From an uncultured virus (IMG/VR IMGVR_UViG_3300029923_000016) (Duplodnaviria > Heunggongvirae > Uroviricota > Caudoviricetes): DNA of 64,000 bases. The position numbers and the translations under genes are program-made. The notes below the pieces were generated by a model. That model was given only the letters and a program-made list of their open reading frames with translations. It had not been told where the DNA came from and searched no databases. The stretch lies in the IMG/VR virus record IMGVR_UViG_3300029923_000016, one strand, 5' to 3'. Shown one piece after another: positions 37,222 to 46,453 of this stretch (positions are counted from its first letter, which is position 1; the number at the start of each line of letters is the position of its first letter).

Positions 37222-38821
37222 GAAAAAGTTCTCCCCTGTGGGCAAGAATAGCCCACTAACCCCCGAGCAAATCACCGCCTATAACACCTCTCGCACCCGT
37301 GATTACCGCGAGCGCCAACGCATTAAACTAGGCACCAAATGCCGTCCTCGCGCTAACTTAACCCGACGAGAGCAACTCGACCGTCTCTACAAGGCCATCA
37401 ATCGCCCCGCCATGTCTTACACCGTGCCTCCAGGTGAGCATTATTACCCGCATCCTACAGGCGATACGCATAGCGCCGAATACACACGCCTCTACAACCT
37501 CGCGCGCCATAACCCACAGCTCACCAAAGAGAAAGCCGAGTATCGCCCGCGTACCACGCCTTACGTGCGCAAATCACGCCGTTGCAATGGCCGCTTAGGC
37601 CGCCCCGTCAAAGAAACTCGATGGTCTGGTCTTGCCCCGACTATCCGCCCGTCCATCCTGCGCAAGAACAAGCTTCTCAGCAAGAGTGTGCATCGCCCCA
37701 ACGGGGATGCACCGCGCCCTGCCATCCCGCGCGGCACGCTCACCCAGACCATGCTCCACGAAATCATGGACTATGTCCCCCATCTCGGCGAGTTCTGGTG
37801 GATATCAGGCCAGCGCACCGGCAACGAAGCCGGTTACGACCGTCATCTCACCCACACACGCGAGCATAAAGGCGCCAAATATCCCGCTCACGCCCCGAAA
37901 AGATTTGCCGACCCCTACGCAGGCCTCCGCCCACAACGTGCCACCAGCCCACACCCACCTCGCTCATACCCCGGTGGACACATCATCACTGGCCGCACCC
38001 GCGAGCTACACCCCGTCGATAAAAACAATAACCCGATATGCAAGCCCGCCATCAAGCTCCCGATTCATACTACAACCCGCGACGCCAATGGCTTGGAGCA
38101 CATCACCCATGATTTCCACCTCGTCCGCCCGTATAACCCGATGCGCGTCATCACCGTCGGCGGCGTCACCTACCCCGCTTGGCAACTGGCTATTCTCTGG
38201 ATGGGTGCAGGATGCAAATGGCTGTACGCCTACGGAGCCGTGGCCCCAACACCTGTTCCTTCCCGAGCTGACCTGCGCGAGCAGGTCGGTGAGGGATGCA
38301 AGGGTAACGACGAGCCTGATACCAATGTAGACCTCACCTTTACAATGCTAGATGGGCGCCCTGCACCGCCCGTGTTCCGTGATGGCAACACACTCAACCT
38401 AACCTGGGACAATATCCGTCCTGATTTACCTCCAATCATGCCAACACAAGAAATGCTAATCGCAGCACAGCGCAAATATGACAAGAAATATGCCAAACTC
38501 AAACAACAAGAGCGAACGTTCAAGGCATTATCCGCTGAAAATAAGCGTAAAGCGCTATCTGACAAGATGCGCAAAGAGCGAATTGCCCGAGAAAAACGCC
38601 AGCTCCGTGAATCCACAAAATACAATCAGGACAAATGCATCACGAAAACGACCTTTAACAAAGTGCAAAACAAATGGGTAGTGGCTATTCCGTACCAAGA
38701 AAAGCAAGTGTTCTTTTCTGAGGCTGACGCCATAGCACATCATACACAAGTAATAGAGGAGCTAACACGAAAGGGTAAAATCAACAACACCCACATTAAG
38801 TCACAAAATAATACAGATTAG
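37214..38821 (+). CDS. Insertion-expanded, probably inactive HNH-derived protein
   Basis: LTQTMLHEIMDYVPHLGEFWW, GNEAGY, VITVGGVTYPAWQLAILWM and FRDGNTLNLTWDNIR blocks are collinear with 44575..45141. Confidence 0.55.
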   Translation: MTKKKFSPVGKNSPLTPEQITAYNTSRTRDYRERQRIKLGTKCRPRANLTRREQLDRLYKAINRPAMSYTVPPGEHYYPHPTGDTHSAEYTRLYNLARHNPQLTKEKAEYRPRTTPYVRKSRRCNGRLGRPVKETRWSGLAPTIRPSILRKNKLLSKSVHRPNGDAPRPAIPRGTLTQTMLHEIMDYVPHLGEFWWISGQRTGNEAGYDRHLTHTREHKGAKYPAHAPKRFADPYAGLRPQRATSPHPPRSYPGGHIITGRTRELHPVDKNNNPICKPAIKLPIHTTTRDANGLEHITHDFHLVRPYNPMRVITVGGVTYPAWQLAILWMGAGCKWLYAYGAVAPTPVPSRADLREQVGEGCKGNDEPDTNVDLTFTMLDGRPAPPVFRDGNTLNLTWDNIRPDLPPIMPTQEMLIAAQRKYDKKYAKLKQQERTFKALSAENKRKALSDKMRKERIAREKRQLRESTKYNQDKCITKTTFNKVQNKWVVAIPYQEKQVFFSEADAIAHHTQVIEELTRKGKINNTHIKSQNNTD

Positions 38822-38824
38822 TTA

Positions 38825-38856
38825 TTGACATTATTTAAAGTTAGACGTATTCTAAC
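38825..38856 (+). promoter_or_regulatory. Sigma70-like promoter overlapped by a GTTAGA-N5-TCTAAC palindrome
   Basis: TTGACA-17 bp-TATTCT; palindrome at 38840-38856. Confidence 0.7.
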
Positions 38857-38885
38857 CATTCCTTTAACACTATGAGATATCACAG

Positions 38886-39278
38886 ATGAGCGCAGTAGAC
38901 ATACAACCCCTCGGATGGAAAGACCGCAAAAAGATGGAGTCCGAGCGGCTTAAGATAAAGAGTAAAATTGATGTGGTGGTCAGACCCCTCAGGGATGCCG
39001 AGGTACGAGATAAGGTGCTTGAATTGGCTTTACACAGAGATTCTCTTTTCAAAGAGGTGACGACTATCACCAGCGATATTAAAGCCTATGACACCGAGGT
39101 AAAACGATTAGGTGATATAATCACCCGTTGGGAGGCTAAGCTGCAAGCGTGGGAACAGATCGAGTACAATATTGCTATCGAATTACAGAGCGCGCGCGCA
39201 ATGCTAGCTAGTAAAACCAGCGAGCTTGCTACTATAAATGCGCAGTATGCTGAAGCTACGAAACTATTGGAGCAATAA
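38886..39278 (+). CDS. Coiled-coil hypothetical protein
   Basis: 130-aa ORF after the promoter. Confidence 0.6.
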   Translation: MSAVDIQPLGWKDRKKMESERLKIKSKIDVVVRPLRDAEVRDKVLELALHRDSLFKEVTTITSDIKAYDTEVKRLGDIITRWEAKLQAWEQIEYNIAIELQSARAMLASKTSELATINAQYAEATKLLEQ

Positions 39279-39280
39279 TT

Positions 39281-39898
39281 ATGAAGCTAAGTAAGAGACA
39301 GAAGAGCAATCCGTATTCGTCGGCTATAGATAATGGGATAAATCAGAGTGTACACCCACATTGTGCTGACCCAAACAGCCCTCTCAATGGTAAGTTATCT
39401 GATAATGGTCAGTTACGTGAGGATGTGCACCATGCTATATTTAATAAAGAATCCGTTGCCCCCAACAAAGTCGAAATCAAACCCATACCGAAAAAGTACG
39501 ATAACGACGGCGCAATAATAAAGGACTTTGAGCCAATCACCGACCCCGAGCAATTAAAACGTTACCAAGAGTTGTGTGCAATCGTCACGCATCACTATCC
39601 TGGCGCAATGGGGCGATACAAAGTGATCGAGGGATTGCGCATTTTATCCGAATGGGGGTTAGAAGGTGAAGAAGCATTAAAGTCAATTAGCGACAGTATG
39701 GTCGAATGGTTGAAATGGACGCCCCCTCCTGCGCATCACGACCGCACCGCCAAGCGTCCACCCGACATAAATCTGATAGCCTGCAAAACGTGGGATGAGT
39801 TCCATGCAGCAAAAGTGCCATCACATACGCGTACGCAACAAGAAGACCGTCATGGGATGGCATTGTTTGCACAAAAAATGCAGGAGCGCGCACAATGA
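39281..39898 (+). CDS. Hypothetical protein
   Basis: GGAG RBS, 205 aa. Confidence 0.6.
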   Translation: MKLSKRQKSNPYSSAIDNGINQSVHPHCADPNSPLNGKLSDNGQLREDVHHAIFNKESVAPNKVEIKPIPKKYDNDGAIIKDFEPITDPEQLKRYQELCAIVTHHYPGAMGRYKVIEGLRILSEWGLEGEEALKSISDSMVEWLKWTPPPAHHDRTAKRPPDINLIACKTWDEFHAAKVPSHTRTQQEDRHGMALFAQKMQERAQ

Positions 39899-39908
39899 GC
39901 AAGCCACA

Positions 39909-40319
39909 ATGAGCAAGCCACACATTGATTTATTATCACGGGGAACAGGTCCCGAGTCCATCGACTACCAAAACCATCCTGTAAAAGAGCGTCTCTCAAC
40001 CTGCCCTTGTGACGATTGTCTTGATTTATACAAAAAGATACACGGTAAAGACAGCCCCCTTGAGTACCGGACACAAGAAAGCGCCGATATTGAGCCTAAG
40101 CCAACACCCACCGCTGTCGTATATAACAGCTGGAAGTGTCCAGCTTACCAAATGCCGCCCTCGTCAGAGCTAGAAGAGTTGATAAAACGTGCACCTTGGG
40201 CACCGGGCAAGGTCTATCATTCACAAGATGGTATGACACCGGACATAGATACGGATGGGTCTTGGCACGCAGCGGGAAGTATTGCTCATCACTTCAAACA
40301 GTTCACGGAACTCAAATGA
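39909..40319 (+). CDS. Hypothetical protein
   Basis: ATG at 39909; overlaps the next gene at ATGA. Confidence 0.5.
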   Translation: MSKPHIDLLSRGTGPESIDYQNHPVKERLSTCPCDDCLDLYKKIHGKDSPLEYRTQESADIEPKPTPTAVVYNSWKCPAYQMPPSSELEELIKRAPWAPGKVYHSQDGMTPDIDTDGSWHAAGSIAHHFKQFTELK

Positions 40320-40819
40320 CAATATCCATAATAGAAACAATCAAACAGAACGAATGCATCGCCCGACTCGCACAATGGAACCTAAACAGGCCTGAGTATT
40401 TCATCACCAAAATACTACCCAAGTATGCCAACGATGTTCATGTCAACGACAAAACACCTGAAGAGCGCCAAGCTTACTATGAATCGCAGTTGACAACGGC
40501 TGGCCTCGCGCATGAGCTAGCCCTACCTAACCCCGTCGAGACACCGTGGGGCATCGTCCGAGAAAGGGATGGGCTTGATTTATCGACGCTCACCCGCGCG
40601 CGTGAGTTCTGGCAGCGGCAGCATGAGTGGGCCGAGTCTGCTACACCTGAGACCGTGCAAATCATCAGTGATTTAATTGACATCACCCGCCGCATTATCA
40701 TGGAGGAACAGGTGTCCTATCTGGCTATCCCACCCGGTACACAGAGGAATGAACAAGTATTAAGCCTAATCAAAGACCAGCATAAAAAAGCGTTGAAGGA
40801 GTTAGTTAATGGGCTTTAA
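40316..40819 (+). CDS. Hypothetical protein
   Basis: ATGA-coupled start MTISIIET. Confidence 0.55.
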   Translation: MTISIIETIKQNECIARLAQWNLNRPEYFITKILPKYANDVHVNDKTPEERQAYYESQLTTAGLAHELALPNPVETPWGIVRERDGLDLSTLTRAREFWQRQHEWAESATPETVQIISDLIDITRRIIMEEQVSYLAIPPGTQRNEQVLSLIKDQHKKALKELVNGL

Positions 40820-41027
40820 ATACCGCATGACGGGCGTCTACAGCCCTATCGAAGCTAAATGCTTTGCATACCAAAAATGGAATGAAATCAATCACGCACC
40901 GTTCGAAGTCTTTTTATTGGACTGCCAAGTGAATGATTTACTCTTCAATGACAACGGCATACAACTGAAAAAAGGCGTGGACTACATTAACGCACAGTTA
41001 CATAACCCGCTATCTAAATTCAAGTAG
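40809..41027 (+). CDS. Hypothetical protein
   Basis: AAGGAG RBS. Confidence 0.55.
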   Translation: MGFKYRMTGVYSPIEAKCFAYQKWNEINHAPFEVFLLDCQVNDLLFNDNGIQLKKGVDYINAQLHNPLSKFK

Positions 41028-41171
41028 TAAAGCAGCACTTGACAAACTACTTGTAGTCCTGTAGAATGTATCTCACAGTTTGGCATCCCTTCCCGAAGGG
41101 ATGCCAGACACTTTGCCGACTTCGGCAAGGTTAGAAACATTCTAACTTTTCAAGCTACTTAGGACATACCA

Positions 41172-41792
41172 ATGAATAACGACGCAATCGAAGCCATAGC
41201 TTACGCCCAATGGACTCAGACCACCCCTCCCATCGGGGAAAATTTTCCAACCCACTATGGACGATTTATGAAATCAAGAGATGTATTGTACGGCAAGCAA
41301 GGTAAAAACGATGAGTGTTACACGCCGGACTACGCAGTAAAACCTATTATTCAATATATTCCGGAAGGGTCTATTGTATGGTGCCCGTTCGATACTGAGG
41401 CAAGTCAATTTGTTATTCAGTTAAAACAAGCGGGGTTTGAAGTAGTGTACTCGCATATAAGCCAAGGTCAAGACTTTTATAAATACGAGCCTAAAAAATG
41501 GGACATTATGATTTCCAACCCGCCTTTTACAGGGAAGCGCAAAATTTTTGAGCGCGCATTAAGTTTCAATAAGCCTTTTGCTTTAATCATGAGCAATACT
41601 TGGCTTAACGACGCCGCTCCAAAACAATTATTTAAGGATAAGGATTTACAATTGCTAATGTTTAATGAGCGCATGAAGTTTGATAATCAAGACAACTCGC
41701 AAAACAAAATTACTTTTAGCAGTAGTTATTATTGCTGGAACTTCCTACCTAAACAACTCATTATGGGGTCATTGAAAGATTATGGAAAATAG
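41172..41792 (+). CDS. Amino-methyltransferase (probably N6-adenine DNA MTase); alternative start at 41268
   Basis: DECYTP, VWCPFD, GQDF, ISNPPF motif IV; TTGACA-17 bp-TAGAAT promoter at 41039. Confidence 0.8.
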   Translation: MNNDAIEAIAYAQWTQTTPPIGENFPTHYGRFMKSRDVLYGKQGKNDECYTPDYAVKPIIQYIPEGSIVWCPFDTEASQFVIQLKQAGFEVVYSHISQGQDFYKYEPKKWDIMISNPPFTGKRKIFERALSFNKPFALIMSNTWLNDAAPKQLFKDKDLQLLMFNERMKFDNQDNSQNKITFSSSYYCWNFLPKQLIMGSLKDYGK

Positions 41793-42408
41793 TAATCCGT
41801 TCCGTCCTGGGACACAAGCACACCTGTTCTGTGAGATAGCACATGTTGATTACCTTACGGGATTTTCTGATATTGTAGAATTGCCCACACTTATTGCGGT
41901 CGGCCTGCAACAAGAGGTAGGCAGTAATGGAGGTAGCTGGTGCCGCTCCGATGGTGTACTCGGTTCCAAGTTTAACATCCATAGGCGGCTGGCAGGGGGC
42001 AGGATAGTGTCGGTACAGCTTGTCGGCTTTGCCAAGAATAATTTCACTAACAAAATTGATACTGCTATCATCGACGCTTACAAGAATGCTAATTGTAGAG
42101 TGTTGGCTATTAAAGGCAAGACTATCGAGATAGACCATAAAGATGGGCGCAAAGATGACTATAGCTTGCACGATAATCAAACATTGGATGATTTTCAGCC
42201 CTTACATAAGAGTGCTAATGTAGCCAAACGCCGACATTGTAATGTATGTAAAGAAACCAGAATACGCTTTGATGCAACTCGACTAGGATACAGTGTCCCA
42301 CAATACATAGGAACTACGCACTATACGGGCTCATGCGTGGGTTGTTATTGGTATGATATGGAGACATTCAACCGACATGTATCTGAGGACTATGTGAAAA
42401 TTAGGTAG
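41782..42408 (+). CDS. HNH-type restriction endonuclease, NlaIII/IceA1-like
   Basis: NGGSWCR, IEIDHKDGRK, DFQPL.K.AN..KR..C..CKET..R, C.GCYWYD; overlaps the MTase stop. Confidence 0.7.
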   Translation: MENSNPFRPGTQAHLFCEIAHVDYLTGFSDIVELPTLIAVGLQQEVGSNGGSWCRSDGVLGSKFNIHRRLAGGRIVSVQLVGFAKNNFTNKIDTAIIDAYKNANCRVLAIKGKTIEIDHKDGRKDDYSLHDNQTLDDFQPLHKSANVAKRRHCNVCKETRIRFDATRLGYSVPQYIGTTHYTGSCVGCYWYDMETFNRHVSEDYVKIR

Positions 42409-42630
42409 TAAACCTAGACTCGACAAACTAGCTTTACTAATGCTATAATATGCCTGACTTAAAAATTCAGATTTAGAGTAAAGCCTACCGGACTCGTGGC
42501 ATTGTAACGACCGGGCAGTGCAGGACAGCTAACTTAACCGTGTCCATACCGTTAAGACTATCGCTGCACGACCTCCCATCACTCCCCTAAGGGCGAGTTA
42601 TAACTTTTCTAACCTTACCGAGATACCATA

Positions 42631-42891
42631 ATGAAATCAGTAACAATTGTCGCCACGCTTGTGGCATCCCTCGTCACTTATTATGTAAAAGCGGATGAGT
42701 ACACCGACCAGCAACAGCTGCAAGTCTTGCAACAAATCCAACAGACCCAACAGTTTGAGCAGATGCAAGAGTACGGCAGACAGGCTACAGAGGATTACGA
42801 GAACCAAATGCCGGAAGCCCGTGGCCGTGCTATCCGTGAAAAGTATATGGAGAGGCAAGCCTACGAACAAGCCATCACGTCAGGAGAATGA
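42631..42891 (+). CDS. Small secreted Gln-rich protein
   Basis: Signal-peptide-like N-terminus. Confidence 0.55.
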   Translation: MKSVTIVATLVASLVTYYVKADEYTDQQQLQVLQQIQQTQQFEQMQEYGRQATEDYENQMPEARGRAIREKYMERQAYEQAITSGE

Positions 42892-42892
42892 A

Positions 42893-43477
42893 ATGAAAAT
42901 CAAAGACCTAAAACTAATGATGACCGCTAGCGCTGTAAAGGATGTGCGCTATTACTTGAATGGCGTCAACGTGACATCCAGGTATGTGGTTGCCAGCGAT
43001 GGCCATCGCTTGGCCAGGGTGATGTTCGATGAGCCCTATTACTTCCCGGCAGGGGAGGAGGATGCCCATGTTAATAACATTATGGTTCCACGTGAATCCA
43101 TCAAGGCGTTCCTGTCCAAGTGTGGCAAAGTGCCGCCCAATATGCCGGTTGAAATCAAGCAGGGCATGTATCCCAACCAGTACACGTTAGAGTGTGCCGG
43201 TGTGATAGAGTTCTTCCATCCGATAGATTGCCAACGGTATCCAAGCTTTGATAAACTACTCGAACTGATTGCAAAGGGTCCGGTTATCAAGCCAACCTAC
43301 TCTATGCAGTTTGAGTGGCGCTACCTGCATGAGGCCTATGCGGGGCTGGAAGTGTGGAGCAAAGTAGCAAAAGGCAGCTCGCTGGCCACCGAGCTGCATA
43401 TAATTGAAGATGGCTTGGGCTTCGGGTATTTTGAAGTGGATAATGCGACCTACATTATCATGTCCAAGCGAGTGTAA
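42893..43477 (+). CDS. DNA polymerase III beta-clamp-like protein (partial fold)
   Basis: KDVRYYLNGV...VASDGHRLA...YP.F, matching the DnaN middle domain. Confidence 0.7.
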   Translation: MKIKDLKLMMTASAVKDVRYYLNGVNVTSRYVVASDGHRLARVMFDEPYYFPAGEEDAHVNNIMVPRESIKAFLSKCGKVPPNMPVEIKQGMYPNQYTLECAGVIEFFHPIDCQRYPSFDKLLELIAKGPVIKPTYSMQFEWRYLHEAYAGLEVWSKVAKGSSLATELHIIEDGLGFGYFEVDNATYIIMSKRV

Positions 43478-43583
43478 AGTTAGATTGATTCTAACGTCAC
43501 TCGCCCTTAGGGGAGTGACTGCAATAAGGAGTACGACCCCATCCTATTATAATAGGGGTCAGTGAGTAATAAGAGAGAACGAA

Positions 43584-44468
43584 ATGTCAAACATAGTAAA
43601 TTTTAAAACACCTGTTTCCAATGTTGCTACCCTGTCATCAAGTGCGATGTTAGTAAACCTTACCGTTACACAGTGGACAGCGCGTAAGTTGGACAAGAAA
43701 GTGTCGGTCGATATTGATATCGAGAACAATACTACCACACGCTCAGGCAATTACAATAAAAATCTATTAGCCGGTGACTCGGCGCTGTCTAATTTACAGA
43801 AGCTGGGCAGTGCAGCACGGGCCTATCATAACAACGTCACCACGCCATGGTCTGATATGGGGCCCCGCCTGCTGCCGACAGCGTTATTCTTCGATTACAA
43901 AAAAGAGATGGCGCGCTTCGAGAAACTGTACACTCAAGAGGTCGAAGCGTTCCTGCTGGACTACCCGCATAAGATAGCCTATGCCCAGTACACCTTGGGC
44001 GACTTGTACAACCACGAGGATTATCCGACTTTGGAAAATATCCGGGGCAAGTTCGGCTTGACCGTAAGCTATATGCCACTGCCCGAAGTAGGGGATTTCA
44101 GATTGGACATCAATAACCAAGGCTTGCGGGAGTTGCAAGAGCAGTACCAAACCATGTATAATGACAGCCTCAGCAATGCGATGCAGTCTGTCTGGGACCG
44201 TCTGTATGACAGCCTGACCCGCTTGTCTAATGGCTTAAAGATTGAGGGCGGCAAACGTGGTATCATAGTAGGTAGCACGTTCGACGGAGCGAAGGAGCTA
44301 TGTACACTTCTAAGTCACTTAAACATAAACGGCGATACGAAATTGGAATCCATGCGCCAAGCGTTGGAGAGTGCCATGAATGGGCTTGATGTGACGGATG
44401 TTAGAAATTCAGATTACCAGCGCACTCTCCTCAAGTCTTCTGTAGATTCGATACTTGACAAGTTCTAG
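43584..44468 (+). CDS. DUF3150-like protein of the AAA/vWA module
   Basis: WTARKLDK, TTPWSD.GPRLLP, Y...DYP, LNINGD.KLE. Confidence 0.65.
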   Translation: MSNIVNFKTPVSNVATLSSSAMLVNLTVTQWTARKLDKKVSVDIDIENNTTTRSGNYNKNLLAGDSALSNLQKLGSAARAYHNNVTTPWSDMGPRLLPTALFFDYKKEMARFEKLYTQEVEAFLLDYPHKIAYAQYTLGDLYNHEDYPTLENIRGKFGLTVSYMPLPEVGDFRLDINNQGLRELQEQYQTMYNDSLSNAMQSVWDRLYDSLTRLSNGLKIEGGKRGIIVGSTFDGAKELCTLLSHLNINGDTKLESMRQALESAMNGLDVTDVRNSDYQRTLLKSSVDSILDKF

Positions 44469-44538
44469 GGGTATCTGTAGAATAGGTAACTGTGGCTAGA
44501 GGGATACCTCGAAACCGGCATGAACACCCGTCGCCACA
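44455..44538 (+). ncRNA. Promoter plus three-way-junction leader RNA (C4-antisense-like) upstream of HNH-AP2 gene
   Basis: TTGACA-17 bp-TAGAAT, then TGTGGCTAGA...TCGAA...TCGCCACA (44491-44538). Confidence 0.55.
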
Positions 44539-44574
44539 CATCCTTTCGTTCCTAACCTACGTTCAGAGGTTCAC

Positions 44575-45141
44575 ATGCTTACCCAAGAAATCCTAAAATA
44601 CCATTTGTCTTATGCTCCTGAAACCGGAGAGTTTGTCTGGATTAGGCCAAGAGCCAATTGGATGAAGCCGGGGAGTGTTGCTGGATTTACAGAGAAGAAG
44701 GGGTATCGAAGTATTATCTTATATGGCAAAACATATAAGCTGCATAGGATTGTCTGGCTTTATGTATACAACAAGTGGCCTCCATCTGATATCGACCATA
44801 TAAATGGTATCAAAGCTGATAATAGGTTGTGTAATCTTAGAGAGGCTACGCGTAGCCAAAATATAAGACATAGTGGTGTATATAAGAACAATATATCTGG
44901 GCATAAAGGTGTCTATTATCATGCCCGCCTAGATAAATGGGAGGCGCATATCCACTACAACAAAAAATTACGGTACTTAGGCGTATACCCTACGAAAGAA
45001 GAAGCAATAGCAGTGTATACGGCGTTCGCCGCTGCTATATGTAAAGAATTTCTCCATTCTAGTTTGGAGGGAGGTCTCGTTGGTGCCGATGCACCAGTAA
45101 TGAAACGGTCTCGTCGGTGCCGAAACACTGACAGTAAATAA
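44575..45141 (+). CDS. HNH homing endonuclease with AP2-like domain
   Basis: HRIVW, IDHINGIKADNRLCNLREAT..QN, SGHKGV...W.A.I...YLG.Y.T.EEA. Confidence 0.92.
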   Translation: MLTQEILKYHLSYAPETGEFVWIRPRANWMKPGSVAGFTEKKGYRSIILYGKTYKLHRIVWLYVYNKWPPSDIDHINGIKADNRLCNLREATRSQNIRHSGVYKNNISGHKGVYYHARLDKWEAHIHYNKKLRYLGVYPTKEEAIAVYTAFAAAICKEFLHSSLEGGLVGADAPVMKRSRRCRNTDSK

Positions 45142-45153
45142 TGAGAGTTTAAA

Positions 45154-46239
45154 ATGAGCGCAATAAAAAAACCCTACGAATCCATCCCAATGACTGAAGT
45201 TATCAATAGCATCAGTCTGATTGGCCACAAAGTTACTGTCCTCGTTGAAGGTGAAACGGGAACAGGTAAGAGTTCTATTCTCAAGGAGCTGGCCAAGCTC
45301 CACCCCAACCATGTCGCCGCTTATGTGGACATATCAACCAAAGATACCGGTGATTTGCTTATCCCCCGCATCACGACCATTGATGGCACACCCGTGTCCG
45401 AGTTCGTGCCCAACTCTGAATGGGGCTTGCAACATGGCAAGCCACTGATAGTCATGCTGGATGAGTTGGGTAAGGCGTCGAAATCTGTCATGAACTCGTG
45501 CCTTAGGGTGATGTTGGAGCGCAAGATAGGCACACATGCTTTGCCTGAGGGCTCTATCGTCTTCGCGACGACCAACCTGACCGCAGAAGGGCTGGGGGAT
45601 AACATGCCAGCGCATGCTCGAAATCGTATCGTAACCGTACGAATGGCTAAACCAAGCCCGATGGACTGGCGCATGAATTTTGCGGAGCATAACGGTGTTC
45701 ACCCCGTTGCCATTGCAACGGTTTTAGAATTTCCGGAGATGTTCGCGAGTTTCCAGGACTATGAAAAACCCGAACAGAACTCGTATATTTATGACCCTCG
45801 CAGCCCACGCAGAGCATTCGTGACGCCACGAAGTCTGGAGCGTGCCAGTGATATTCTCCATGCCTGCTCAGCACTGAACGAAGATGTGCTGGTACACCTG
45901 CTACAAGGTGCAGTTGGCGAAAGAGCAGCTCAAGACATACTTATGATTTTAAAACTTGATAATAGCCTACCCACCTTCGCCTCCATCGCCGCCAGTCCCG
46001 AGACAGCCAAAATAAGTAAATCCGGGGCGTCCCTCTGTCTCATTGTCAGCAAGCTCATCGGTAACTGCACCAAAGAGAACATGGACAATGTATTGATTTA
46101 CCTGGACCGGCTACCCCGCGAGGCGATTGCTTTGTTTATGCGGGGCATCATGAGTTCCAATAGCCCGAAGCGACCCATCGCGGTCACCAATCGGAAATTT
46201 ACCGAGCTGGCCGTTCGTTTAGGTTTTCTCTTCTCTTAA
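45154..46239 (+). CDS. MoxR-like AAA+ ATPase
   Basis: GETGTGKS, VMLDE, ATTN, NR, TPRS. Confidence 0.85.
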   Translation: MSAIKKPYESIPMTEVINSISLIGHKVTVLVEGETGTGKSSILKELAKLHPNHVAAYVDISTKDTGDLLIPRITTIDGTPVSEFVPNSEWGLQHGKPLIVMLDELGKASKSVMNSCLRVMLERKIGTHALPEGSIVFATTNLTAEGLGDNMPAHARNRIVTVRMAKPSPMDWRMNFAEHNGVHPVAIATVLEFPEMFASFQDYEKPEQNSYIYDPRSPRRAFVTPRSLERASDILHACSALNEDVLVHLLQGAVGERAAQDILMILKLDNSLPTFASIAASPETAKISKSGASLCLIVSKLIGNCTKENMDNVLIYLDRLPREAIALFMRGIMSSNSPKRPIAVTNRKFTELAVRLGFLFS

Positions 46240-46453
46240 TACCTTATAGCCAAGGTTATAACGGTTATAACCTTGGTAGGAGACATAACATGATAATTAC
46301 AATGAAAGAAGAGGACCTGCGCGCTATCCTCGAAACATTTAAGCTTACGCCGCAAGAGATTGACCGTATGCTTGATGATATCAGGCTCCCGGAAGGGCAC
46401 ACTTTAACAGCGGATGACTTTGAAACCGTTGAAGATTTTGGGAGAACAACGCC

